Origin: Utricularia gibba
Lineage: Eukaryota; Plantae; Magnoliophyta
Length of the DNA stretch: 64,000 nt
Direction: 5' to 3'
NCBI GenBank assembly: GCA_002189035.1
Contig: CM007991.1
Span: 806,001-870,000, forward strand
The notes beneath the pieces were generated by a model. It saw only the letters and a program-made list of their open reading frames with translations. It made no database searches and was not told the origin of the DNA. This document shows positions 51,229-64,000 of this stretch, piece by piece. Each line of letters begins with the position of its first letter. The first letter of the stretch is position 1. The position numbers were made by a program, and so were the translations under genes.

Positions 51229-53054
51229 TCAAAGCTTTGAAGGTATGGCGCCCATCGCAAACTCCCTTTTCCATGAAGATATGGAGCTGGAGACGTTAAT
51301 GGTTGCTTTGCCATCGGGATGAACCATATAATAAGGCGAATCTTCCCCAAATTCACTAGGCATTTTTGTCCAGAACAAGCTTGGTTCCCACTGTGCATCT
51401 CTGATTACCTTCAGCACCTCCTTCACCAAAATCCTGCTTCCTTCCTGTGAGAGATGTATTCCATCTCTGTAAAAGCACAACCTTAGTTAACAGGCGCAAT
51501 GCAACTGTAACTAACATAAAGGGGAGTCACTAGGATAACACATGTCTCTGCAGCACTGGCACAAGTTGACTTGCTATGAGAAATGAAGTTGGACAAAATG
51601 TTTAGTTGCTGCAACCAAGTAAAACACATCATCATATGCAACAGCAACTTCTAGAGCTTGTTGTTTTATGAGATTCTAATGAGTTGCGTCTAGTCTCAAA
51701 GAGAAAAGGACACTTCTTGCAAAAAGCAAGTGTGGAATGGCATTGATACACAAACCAGACGAAATATTCCTTCTCAGTTCTTTGTTTCTTCTAATTCTAC
51801 TTCTATGAGTAGCAAGTTGGAAACAATAAATGAAGAAACGTTTGCATGCACTGGGAAGGAAAACTTACGTTAGGCAAGATGTGGCCCAATCTTCTTTGAC
51901 TTGGAGTGCTTTCCAAAGGTTGATAACTTCAACATTGAGTTGTGTGCACAATTCTTCCAACGCTTCAGCATAAATTTGGCAGGACTGATTCGTCCGCCTT
52001 TGGATCTCATTTAACTTACTGTTAGGAAAGGCTATCATTAAATGATGAATGGCTTCTGAGATGAGTTGCAAGAGTTAGAAAAAAAGTGGATGAATCTACC
52101 CCAGACGTTGCTGGATCACAGCTTCATTCACAGGAGGTGATGTAAGAAAAATCAATCGTGTCTTCTCTGAGAGACTCTGAAATACAGCCGAGACCAACTT
52201 GAGAACACCAAAAATAACGAAATCCGAAATACCATGCAAGATTAGAAACTGTGCTCTAACTGTACATACAGAATACTGAAAAGTTACTAGCCACTACAGA
52301 GATGAGTTGGTTTCTTCCAGGGGCATTAAGTTTAAGTCCTCCGAAATACTCCTATGTTCCTTAAATCTTAAAAGCAAAAAGAAAACTAACGACAATTCCT
52401 CCCCAGAAGTACCTAATTTTCAGGATAATGCCACCAATAAAGCTTAGCTCTTCTGACCACTAATACCCTCTTTCCATGTTAGGCCAATAACCCACAGATC
52501 CAAATCAACAGAAAACACCATTTCTTCCCAAACTGGGAAGCTGCACTGAATTACCTTGAGATGGAGACAAATCTTCTTCATATTTTCTACATATTCCTGT
52601 AGAGGAACATGAGCACCAAAGCCACTCGGGTGAGGATGCACTGAATCATTACCACCGAAATACACAATAACCAAACTCGGTTGAACATCCGATTCCTGAA
52701 CAAACATTCCCAAGTCGCATTTGAGCTTAAAAAGGGATGCACATCAATGACTCACTTTGTGAATCTATTATTATCCATCACCTTCGGGAAAACCCGATCC
52801 AGAACTTGAAGAGCTCTTCTCGAATTCCAGCCAGAATAACCCCTCAATACTAAGTCAGCCTGTAATCACAACGCCCATACAAAAAAAAGAGCTAATGCGA
52901 ATCGGTAATACAAAATCTCATGCAAGTAGAATAGACTGTATACCTTCCTGTCGTAAAGGTCGGCAAGAACCGCTCCCCAGCCGCCAACATTGAAACTCTG
53001 CTGAACAATGGAGGATCCGAACAGCACGAACACGGGGCGTGAAGGTCCTACCAT
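51229..53054 (-). CDS. SGNH/GDSL hydrolase, CPRD49/IAH1-like esterase
   Basis: FVLFGSSIVQQSF..GGWGAVLA (block I), IVYFGGNDS (block III), HVPLQEYVENMKKI and DGIHLSQEGSRIL (block V DxxH). Confidence 0.9.
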
Positions 53055-53424
53055 TTTCTCCGGGATAATTCCTGGATTGTGTGGACAATATCTTCATCCC
53101 AGGCCCCAGCCATCACTTTCTTTTTCTTTTTCATTTCTTAATTTCATTTTATACAACAAATCCATGCTGGTTGACGTAGATTGTTTTTCTTTTTTAAAAA
53201 AAAATTCAAAATAGTTTAAAACTAAATCACATTTTAAAATTCTCTTTGTAATAATTATTTATAAAAACGTTAGTTATCAAATATAAAAAAAAATCTAAAA
53301 ATAACAAGTTACAAAATTGAAATTTATAATTTTTTTAGAATCAATTTTCAAAATATATTTTTTCAAAATATATCAAACTTATTGATGGAAAAACATGGAG
53401 TGTGAAATCATGGGTATTCTTCAG

Positions 53425-55571
53425 CTACTTCATCTGAACCATGGCTGGCTGCTCATCGAACAAGAAGAAGCACAATGCAATGACTACGTAGCAGAGCAGA
53501 AGAACCAGTCCCTTGATGTAATGCGAGGTTCCATCCTACAGCAATGGCGGTGTCAGCTTCTTCTGTACAGACAACTTGGAGACAACAAAACAGACCTGTA
53601 ATGTGAACGCCACGATGAGTATGGATAGGGAAAGACTACTTGTTTCCAGGGTATTGAACCCGATGTCCATCTGCACTCCGATCATCCATGAAACCAGCGC
53701 CGTAAATGGCGTCTGCATTATGTTAACAGGAAGCAGATTGAGCTACCCGTGTGTGTAGTATATGGAATACTTGATGAGCTGAGATTCCCTTACCACGAAC
53801 ATGGCGATTTGGGTGGCTGATCCCAGAGCAACGCCTAAGGAGATGTCCTGCAGTTCAGTATCACTTGTTGAATGTCAGCACAGAAATCTGGTGGTCATTG
53901 GGGAGGTGTGTGAGAGCTGCTGCTAACCAGTTTGTTCTTGAAGGCAAATATGACAGCTCCGGCGTGCTCTGCGGCGTTTCCGACGATCGGCAAGAGGATT
54001 ACACTGATGAAACTAACTGTCAATCCCCAGGAATCGGATGCATCCTGATGCATCAGTAATGAGAGTTTGCATGTACTAGTGCTGATCAAATGAAGGTAGC
54101 AGGAAATGATATTGTGTATGTAATGTTACTTCGATTGTGGCCACGACGTATTCTGATAGCAGGGCTACGATGGCGGTTAGCACAACCAGTGAAGCAAAAG
54201 CAGGCCAGAATCCCATGACAGCAGATTCATCTGATAGCTCATCATCCCCTTCCTCAGTTGCTTCCTATGAATGATGGATTGGAAACCAATTCATACTGCA
54301 TTGGATCACAAGCAAGGAATGGGGAAAGGTATTCACCACTGGCTCCTGGAATATGCTCTTATGAGTCCACAACTGGAAAACAAGATACGCAATGTAAGCA
54401 ATCAGCATAACAATGCAACTTCCTCTAGAGAGCTGAAGGACTGAGGCTGCCGATGCTTCTGAATTGTTTGAAGCCAACTTGAGCATCAAAATCAGAACAT
54501 GGCAAAGTAGCCCAAGAAACAAGAGCAAAGAGTTGACATCTGCCTGAGTCTGTAAAGAAAGCACCCTTACTCAAAAATCAAGATGTATTAGCATACAATG
54601 AACACTTTCTTGTAGCTACTTACCTTGTCGAACCGCTGTTCTTTGGATAGATTGGCGATCCCATCACAGAGCAGAGAGCTCCCGAGTACTAAAAGAAGGT
54701 TTGACAGAACAGAACCCAAAAGAGAGTATTTCACAACTTGTACTTTGTGCTCGACCAAAGCAAATATTGCTATTATCAGCTCAGTTGCATTCCCACAAGT
54801 AGCATTTAGAAGACCACCAACTGTTCATTCATGTTTGCAACTCAGTAATCTCAGAGCCACACATACGGTACATGCACTGATTTAATGATTCATGATCAAT
54901 CATTCACTCACCTGTTGGTCCAGTGAAGAACGAAATTTGCCTGTATTTATTTGCACCATGGTTAGTAAATGACAAGACAGACACCTAGCAACCAACAGCC
55001 ACAAACAACTACTCTGTTTCTCTATAATCACATAAAAGCAAATTTAAACTGGATCAACATCAATTTGACTTGGAATCAGATATTAAAACAAGTAATCTCA
55101 AATTAAAATCTAATTTTTTTTCAAATGTATTTCATTCATGTACTTGGATTAAGGTCTCACTCGGTCAAGAAGCTGATCCTCTCTGCAAGAGGGGTGAGCC
55201 CCAGCAAACTCAAAGAGAACACCCATTGCTGTCGATAAGAAAACAAAACACATCAATAAAGAAAACCTAGCAAAATCGAAATGCACAACAGCACTTACGC
55301 TTCCCAAGTTGGTATATTTGGCGACAACCGCAAATGGGATTGCGATAAACAAAATCGAAAGCTTGCTTCCCAACACAACTTCCTTGATATTCGTCAACAA
55401 TCTCTTGGAACATGAACCATGCGCCACAGAAAGCAACGAAAGATCCGATTTTTTACGTAGAGAAGAGGAAGAAATAGAGTGGGCTGTTCTTCCATGCCTC
55501 GTATCTCTGCTCAGCCTCCTCCTCCCATTCTCCAACAGCCATAACGCCTCCGTCTCTGGAGAAGAAGCCAT
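53425..55571 (-). CDS. CAX1/CAX3: Vacuolar cation/proton exchanger, CAX1/CAX3 type
   Basis: N-terminal regulatory region [28 protein letters not shown], alpha-1 repeat [13 protein letters not shown], alpha-2 repeat [18 protein letters not shown], and [16 protein letters not shown]. Confidence 0.93.
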
Positions 55572-55971
55572 CAAGAAAAACTATGACATTTCCAGAATGA
55601 TATTCAAATCCAGAAACTTCAAATTCAAACAAGCATTTAAAGTTCGTGGAATTTTCAGAACAAGAAGTCTTTGAGGGGTAGTTTCATAATTTAGGAAATA
55701 ATTGAATTATAGCTATGCACACTTATTCTTCTCTGTCGGCGTTGCATGCAAATTGGCGGCTGGTCGGGATATTGTTTATTTTATTGCATGCATGCATCTA
55801 CGACAATTTAGCTTCTTCTCTTCCGGAATGTGCTTGCTGCCTATAGCATACATAAATCGGCAGTATAGAAGTGATGCCAAACCAACGGCCGGTGTGGTGG
55901 TTGGGCTTTCCTTGGTGGTTTCAGCAGCAGGAGCCTCCCAGATCCGTACATAGTTTACTAGGATTTCAGCA

Positions 55972-57067
55972 TCATTCATCGTCGTCATCCTCCTCCTGCA
56001 CATAACCGACATGGGAGGATCTTGAAGAAAGCTCATATATGGAAGTAATATTCTTGCGACTGGTGGTTAGTTAGACCTTATCTTTAAAAAAGGGCCAACT
56101 AAGATCAAGAGTATACCTGTCCTTCCTCATCACCATGAGCTTCGGAGGCGGACTTGTCAGATTCTTCATCGGCATCATCAGCCGAAGTGTCCTGTAAAAT
56201 GGATGATATGAAAGGGGATTTCAGATGCAGCCACAGAAAGCAAGGCTGGGGAATGGCAACCTGCTTCCTGTTGCAGGGAGTCATTAGCTTTTCATACTCT
56301 GCCTTCTTCTTTGCTGCTTTAGCTTCATATGAAGCTTTATCTGCAATGTGGAAGTGCTCTGTTCAGAGATGGAATAAAAGCATCTCCCTTTGATATCAAG
56401 CATCCACAGATTTAAGGAAATCAAGTTAAAATGGGTGTCCAAAAACACAGATATGAAGCAACTTACAGCCTTGCTCAAGGACTTCCACTTCTCCCCACCG
56501 GATTTTCCAACCTACACACAGACAAATTCACAAAAAGATACAAATTTGCTACTCAAACTGACATACACCAGAGACAGCTTTGACATTGGGGTTTTCCTTC
56601 TTGAAAATAGTACATAACTCTTCATTGTTAGTCATCAGGTAACTCAAAGCAACTCTAATGAAAAGGAAATCAGCGGATTCGAATATGTAAATTATGCCAT
56701 TACATGAATACAAAAAAAGCACTCGGTTGTCGATTTGGGTTATTGGGGTCCTTATTGGCCCTTTTATCCTGCCTTGCCTTTTCCTTTATGTGCCCTTGGA
56801 GCAGCCTTCCTTTTCCCAACCTCGCTGTAAGAAGAGATAAACGTATTTTCATGTTCTCCAGATCACTACACCGCGCCCTGTCGTTGAAGTAGAAGAAAAT
56901 GTAACTCATTAATCAACTCTGATGTCAAGGGAAAGCTATTCCAACTAAAAAATGCAAACAAAAACGGGAAGGAAAAGGACTATTTCATGGAACTATCATC
57001 AAATGACTTTTAACACTTCTTTTACTCCTCTCCCCGTGCCCCCCTTACTCCTTCCGCTGGTCTTCAT
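55972..57067 (-). pseudogene. HMGB1: HMGB1-like high-mobility-group box gene, apparently disabled
   Basis: MKTSGRSKGG...KEVLKVI** (stops at about 57000), VGKRKAAP then a frameshift to KDPNNPNRQPSAFFVF, exon EELCTIFKKENPNVKAVS preceded by AA instead of AG, VGKSGGEKWKSLS, (D)KASYEAKAAKKKAEYEK lacking its first G, and acidic tail EEDDDDE*. Confidence 0.7.
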
Positions 57068-57903
57068 ATCTACCAAATACCAAGAACTTTGATCGAGCCA
57101 ATGAATCCATGAATCAGAGAAGTACAAGTTCATATGGTTTTAGTGGCAAATTTTTCCATGAAAACGCATCCGATTCAAAATCTATCTTTATCAATTCTTC
57201 CCAAAACGCGTAGAAAAACAAAATGACACCAAGTTTTCGAATTCACATATTCGAACAAGATCTCCAAAGATCAAGTATTCGCCAAAAACCATGAAAAATC
57301 AAACGGAAACAAACACTTGCCCCTAAAATCGCTCAGTGAAATCACCCTTCGATCAACAGACAACACGAAACGCAAACTTCAACAAAACCCAATAAATCCA
57401 CCACGCAAAAATACGAACTTTAGAAACGATAATCACCGAAAAGGCGAGAATAATTGAAACGACATACCCTGCAAGATAACAAACGATAGGTGATCCGCCC
57501 ACAGAATCTGAGAAGAAGCCAACCAGTTCCACCACGCCTCCCCTGAGATAGAAACCGGTGGTGAACAGTACACGGGTCACCGGACTGGCCAGTAAAAACC
57601 ACAGCGGACGAACCCGCTTTCTTAAACAAGAAACCGTACGAAATATATAACAAACGGAACCGTGATTACCGGTTTCCCAGTCGAATAATTCCATGCATGC
57701 AGTGACACGGGAGGCACTGTGTGAGGCTTTTGGGCTGGGCTCCGTCCTCAAACTGGGCTGCATGTTTTATTAGGCAGCCCATTATAAATTTGGGTTTTCA
57801 CTTTTCATAAATGATGTTCTTTTCATTTTTTATATTTTTCGAAATTGATATAAATAACATAAATGAGTTTTTTTAATCAAAATGCGCATGCTTGTTTGCC
57901 TGC

Positions 57904-57985
57904 CACGTGTCATTCCGACGTGTCACCATGGGGCAGCGCTTTGATGCCATTCTGATTCGATTCGATCAGATAAGAAGTAGATAAG
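57904..57985 (+). promoter_or_regulatory. Light-responsive module of the LHCB4 promoter
   Basis: G-box CACGTG (57904), ACGTGTC (57918) and tandem I-box GATAAG (57969, 57980), about 170-250 bp upstream of the ATG. This combination is typical of Lhc promoters. Confidence 0.65.
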
Positions 57986-58154
57986 CTCCGAGCTCTCACC
58001 GCCGTGAGATCATTCGACGTACACGATCCTACGGCCATTATCCTCACAAGATCAAAAATCTCGATCTCCAGTCACCACGAACGCATCATCAAAAACCTCA
58101 GACGACGCACTAGAGAAACACAACACATTTCTCCGATCGATTCGAACCCAAATC

Positions 58155-59103
58155 ATGGCCACCGCCAACGCCGCCGCCGCGTCTTCATTTCTCGGGGCTC
58201 GCCTGCCTGAGATCAATTCTGGCTCTGGTCGGGTCAAGGCGCGGTTCGGGTTCGGATCGAAGAAGGCTCCAAAGAAAGCAGCGAAGAAGGTGGTTTCAGA
58301 TCGCCCACTTTGGTACCCAGGCGCGACAGCGCCGGCATACCTCGACGGAACTCTCGTAGGGGACTACGGGTTCGATCCGTTCGGACTCGGGAAGCCTGCG
58401 GAGTACTTACAGTTCGATGTGGACTCTCTAGACCAGAATCTGGCGAAAAACATTGCGGGAGATGTCATCGGTACCCGAACTGAGGCAGCCGATGTGAAAT
58501 CCACCCCGCTGCAGCCGTACAACGAAATCTTCGGGCTTCAGAGGTTCAGAGAATGTGAGCTGATTCACGGAAGATGGGCGATGCTGGCTACCCTCGGCGC
58601 CCTCACCGTCGAGTGGCTCACCGGCGTCACCTGGCAAGACGCCGGAAAGGCATGCTTCCCGACCCGCTCAACCCACACCACATATAAAAAATTGCTCCTT
58701 TTTCCTGTACATCAGATTGACTGTTGTGTCTGGTCATCAGGTTGAGCTGGTGGAAGGAGCTTCGTACCTGGGGCAGTCACTCCCATTCTCCATATCAACA
58801 TTAGTCGCCATCGAAGCTGCGATCATTGGGTACATCGAGTTTCAACGAAACGCAGAGCTCGACCCGGAGAAGCGGATCTACCCGGGCGGGTCATTCTTCG
58901 ACCCATTAGGTCTCGCATCCGACCCGGAGAAAAAGGCGGCCCTTCAACTGGCGGAGATCAAACACGCACGTCTCGCGATGGTCGCCTTCTTGGGCTTCGC
59001 CGTCCAGGCCGCAGCCACAGGAAAAGGCCCACTTAACAACTGGGCGGCCCATCTCAGCGACCCCCTTCACACCACCATTTTCGACACCTTCGGCCTTTAT
59101 TAA
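58155..59103 (+). CDS. LHCB4: Chlorophyll a/b-binding protein CP29 (Lhcb4.1/4.2 type), 2 exons
   Basis: RFGFG..., [49 protein letters not shown], intron 58650-58740, and [16 protein letters not shown]...[14 protein letters not shown]. Confidence 0.97.
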
Positions 59104-61381
59104 TCTCCCTTGTAAAGCCCCCTATGTGCGAAACTTGACCGTTTTGCCCTTTACCACGTATACATTTCCATTAAATTACTACAACCTCTCGAATCGAAAA
59201 AATTAATTATTATTTTTCTTATTAAAAAAAGCACATAAAGAGACGGTGGGGCCCGATTCGTCTAATTGTATCAGAATAAAATAATTTCGAATATCCCACA
59301 AAATTCATTAAAACCTTAAAGACGGAGGAAGCTGGAGCCGCTGGCCGGCGGCAGGATATTAAATTCAGAGGTTGGCAGGAACTAACTAACCGTAGACTGA
59401 CACGTGGCGCCATGACCTAATGCCACCTACCCGCCCGTTCCGTTCACCAAATTTAAGCCGTCTGTGTGGTTGAACTGCTTTGCTTTGCGGTGGAGTCTCG
59501 TCACATAATGCAACCTCAAAACTCGAATCTGCCGCGTCCCCGTGTCCTAACTTTTGTTTAAAGCTATTCTTTAAAAAAGACTCCAATCAAAGGGATAAAA
59601 AATCCACACGATAAAGTAACTCCATTATTCAATACATACTTTTATATAAATATTTTATAATTGATTTTGTATCGTTGTAAAAAAGAAAAATCACATTTTT
59701 ATTGAGAGTGATTCGTAATTTTCATAATAAGAAGAATAGGGTTGTCTTTTGGTGCCAATGAAGCCTAAATTCACCTGAAACAATTCTCCATAAATCAATT
59801 AATAAATAAAAAAATTAAATTTCCCTAATGATGTTTACTGTTGACCTAATTAGTATAAATGATTTTTTAAAAAGTATTATTTATTTTTTACTATTTGAAG
59901 GTCAGAAATTATGATGAGCATTATTTTGAAATGATTGATCTCCAGTAATCACAAATTGGATCCAGTGGAGGTGGACGATACCGGTGTTTACTAATTTGGC
60001 ATCAATGGTATTATTTGTGGTCTCCCATTTCTATATCATGATTCGGAATATTGCATCTATGATCTTCATCATTATGGGGTGATCAATGCGACTGAGGTCT
60101 ACGTTTCACCGGTCACTCCCTCAACTTGTTCGTTATTCACAACAAGGACTACATCTTCCATTTTATAGAATTTTTTGGCTACATTTTGTACCCCTCCAAT
60201 TTACATATTTGTGACTTTTGGTCCATCTGGATTCGTTGGTGTTTTTTTCTTTTTCGTTCTTTTTTTTTACCTAAAAGATTCTAAAAAAAACTAGGTATTA
60301 TGAAACACATTGAGTCAAAAATATTACACATTATTTGTAGAACCAAGAGATTGATGACAGTATATCATATTGATTAATGATGATGAAAATGATTAAAAAG
60401 AGAAACTCTTTTAATCTTATATGATATTTTTTCATTAGAAATAAATAACATAAAAATATGAGATTTACATGTTTAAATTACATAATATCATATAAAGGAA
60501 ACATGGGTCGCGATATTTAATATCATAGTAAAATTCAAATACGATAATGGAATAAGAGTACACTCAACAAAGTTATTGAGTATCTAAAAGTTGGAAAATG
60601 CAAGATTAGGAGGTTAGTAATAGTATTATATATTGATTATGAATATGAGAATAAACATACTTAAATAAATGTAACTTATTAATTTTATCATCATTACATA
60701 AGTGAACGTAGGTCGTGACAATATTCATTCTTTTCATGTATTTTGTGATGGGTAATATATTCAATAATCAAATCTAAATATTATATTAAAATAGCTATCA
60801 TCGTAACATTCGAAACGGGGAGGAATATCCCTACCACCTTGGCATTCAAAGCAAGTAGATAGAGGATGCACGAATATTATTATTATAAATCATTATTGAT
60901 AATACAAAAAGTAACTTTATTTTTAGTTGTGTATCTGGTGAATTTTGATTAGGTTCGGTCGGATCGAACCAGAGCCGGGAGGGCTAGTGGCGGCAATTCA
61001 ATGGGTAAAGGTATTTTACCCATTAAAATAATGTAAATAAATCTTATTATTCCTAATAAACCCATAGTTTCTTTCTATTAATCTTTGTTTAAAATAACAA
61101 AAAAATGATTGAATCATGATTTACTCGTCATTTTTTATAGATGCTAATAACAATTAAGAAATATACTAACCGTCTCCGGTTGTAATAAAGTGTATTCAAT
61201 ATTTTAATTAATACCTTTGGTTGCGAGTAATCCAATGTCACACTTCTTTCTCTTCCTCAACCGCCACCAACCTTGTCCACCACGTCGGCGTTTTCCTCTT
61301 CTTTTAAAGCTCCCCGTCTCTGTGTGTGCTCATGCGCAATTCTCAGAGTCTTGCTCACTGTCCCTGGATTACTCTCACAAA

Positions 61382-63283
<1,902 letters not shown>

Positions 63284-63815
63284 AAGAACGAAACAAATCC
63301 CATGGTAAAAATAAAACAATTAAAATTGAACTTGCATAAAATCCTTCCTTCCCTACTTCAAGCCAAAGAAAATGGGCATCAACACAAGAAAGCACTCTTT
63401 TACCCTTTTGGCAAGGATAGATGGATTTTGTTCTTGGGCAATATCTCTATTTAAAATAATGATGGGATGTATTTTATTCCCCTATTTGTGTCTAGTACAT
63501 GTTTGCAGTTGGCATTTGAGAGTTGTATCATTTCGTACAGCAATGAAAAACCGGCATGACAAAAAAAAAGCAAAGGAGAAACCATCGAAACAAGAGAGGC
63601 GTGTTGCTCTTGTATGTTGTCTCTGTGGTGTGCTGGTAATATGATATGACGCAGAAACAGCACAGCAGAGCATCCAGCTAGTTGAAGATGATGAGGAGCC
63701 CCACATGGGCAGCTGCAAAGCAATGCCCACCACCAACCCCTGGATCCTTGTGATTGATTGCACCCTCGCCTAATGAGGGTTGACGGGCTGCAACGATACA
63801 CCTTTCCTTTTGGAA

Positions 63816-64000
63816 TCAAAATAAGCAGCGGTTTCCTACTGGGATGCCATCACTGAAGCCGGCGCAGCTGGAGGAGAGTCGATCGGAACTCCGTCCAGCC
63901 AATGTAGCCGCCGCCCCCCTCCATTCTACTTGTACGATAACCTTCTGAATGTCCCTGGGCTTCAAGCACCAGCGACGAAATAGGATGGAATCCGTGCTCA
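63816..64000 (-). CDS. 3' end of an unidentified gene running off the window
   Basis: An open minus-strand frame from 63998 reads STDSILFRRWCLKPRDIQKVIVQVEWRG..., either to TGA at 63816-63818 or, across the G6 run, ...RRLHWLDGVPID...SQ* (TAG 63836-63838). The GC content is coding-like but I do not recognise the family. Confidence 0.3.
   Translation of the reverse strand, partial: STDSILFRRWCLKPRDIQKVIVQVEWRGAAATLAGRSSDRLSSSCAGFSDGIPVGNRCLF

Noticed and set aside
54655-54675. [12 protein letters not shown] versus the usual LFCGGIANL
   Set aside because: A single substitution outside the alpha repeats, not distinguishable from a base error here.
37318-55571. GRXS16 (also called CAX-interacting protein 2) lies about 15 kb from a CAX gene
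   Set aside because: Four unrelated genes intervene, the proteins are plastidial versus vacuolar, and ordinary conserved synteny explains the proximity.
59930-60240. Mid-GC stretch in an AT-rich spacer, possible gene or TE relic
   Set aside because: All frames I read have stops and no recognisable motif.

Overview
Gene-dense eudicot nuclear DNA: about 23 genes or gene relics in 64 kb, many 60-100 nt introns and short AT-rich spacers. This suggests a miniaturised plant genome such as Utricularia/Genlisea (inference only). Order: 3' end of a probable bromodomain gene, GA2ox9/10-like 2OG dioxygenase, repeat-rich unknown protein, two inverted fasciclin-like AGP paralogues flanking CASPL2C1, FGGY pentulose kinase, xylose isomerase, ERMP1-like M28 peptidase, TBL34-like acetyltransferase, a decayed ESK1/TBL29-like fragment, BAG4, YbhB/PEBP protein, importin-11, GRXS16, tomosyn/LGL-like WD40 protein, GT-3 trihelix factor, class II DnaJ, SGNH esterase, CAX1/3, a probable HMGB1 pseudogene, LHCB4, GPAT6 and the 3' end of an unidentified gene. 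About nine frameshifts in otherwise intact genes are each repaired by adding one G/C to a short run, which looks like assembly error. No rRNA, tRNA, CRISPR array or autonomous transposon was found, and I see no clear new biological system. The best leads are apparent 3'-polar intron loss in xylose isomerase, the pentulose kinase/xylose isomerase pair, the TBL and HMGB1 relics, the FLA inverted duplication, four GC-AG introns and several MITE-like fold-backs. Family calls and Arabidopsis identifiers are recalled from memory, not from a database search.
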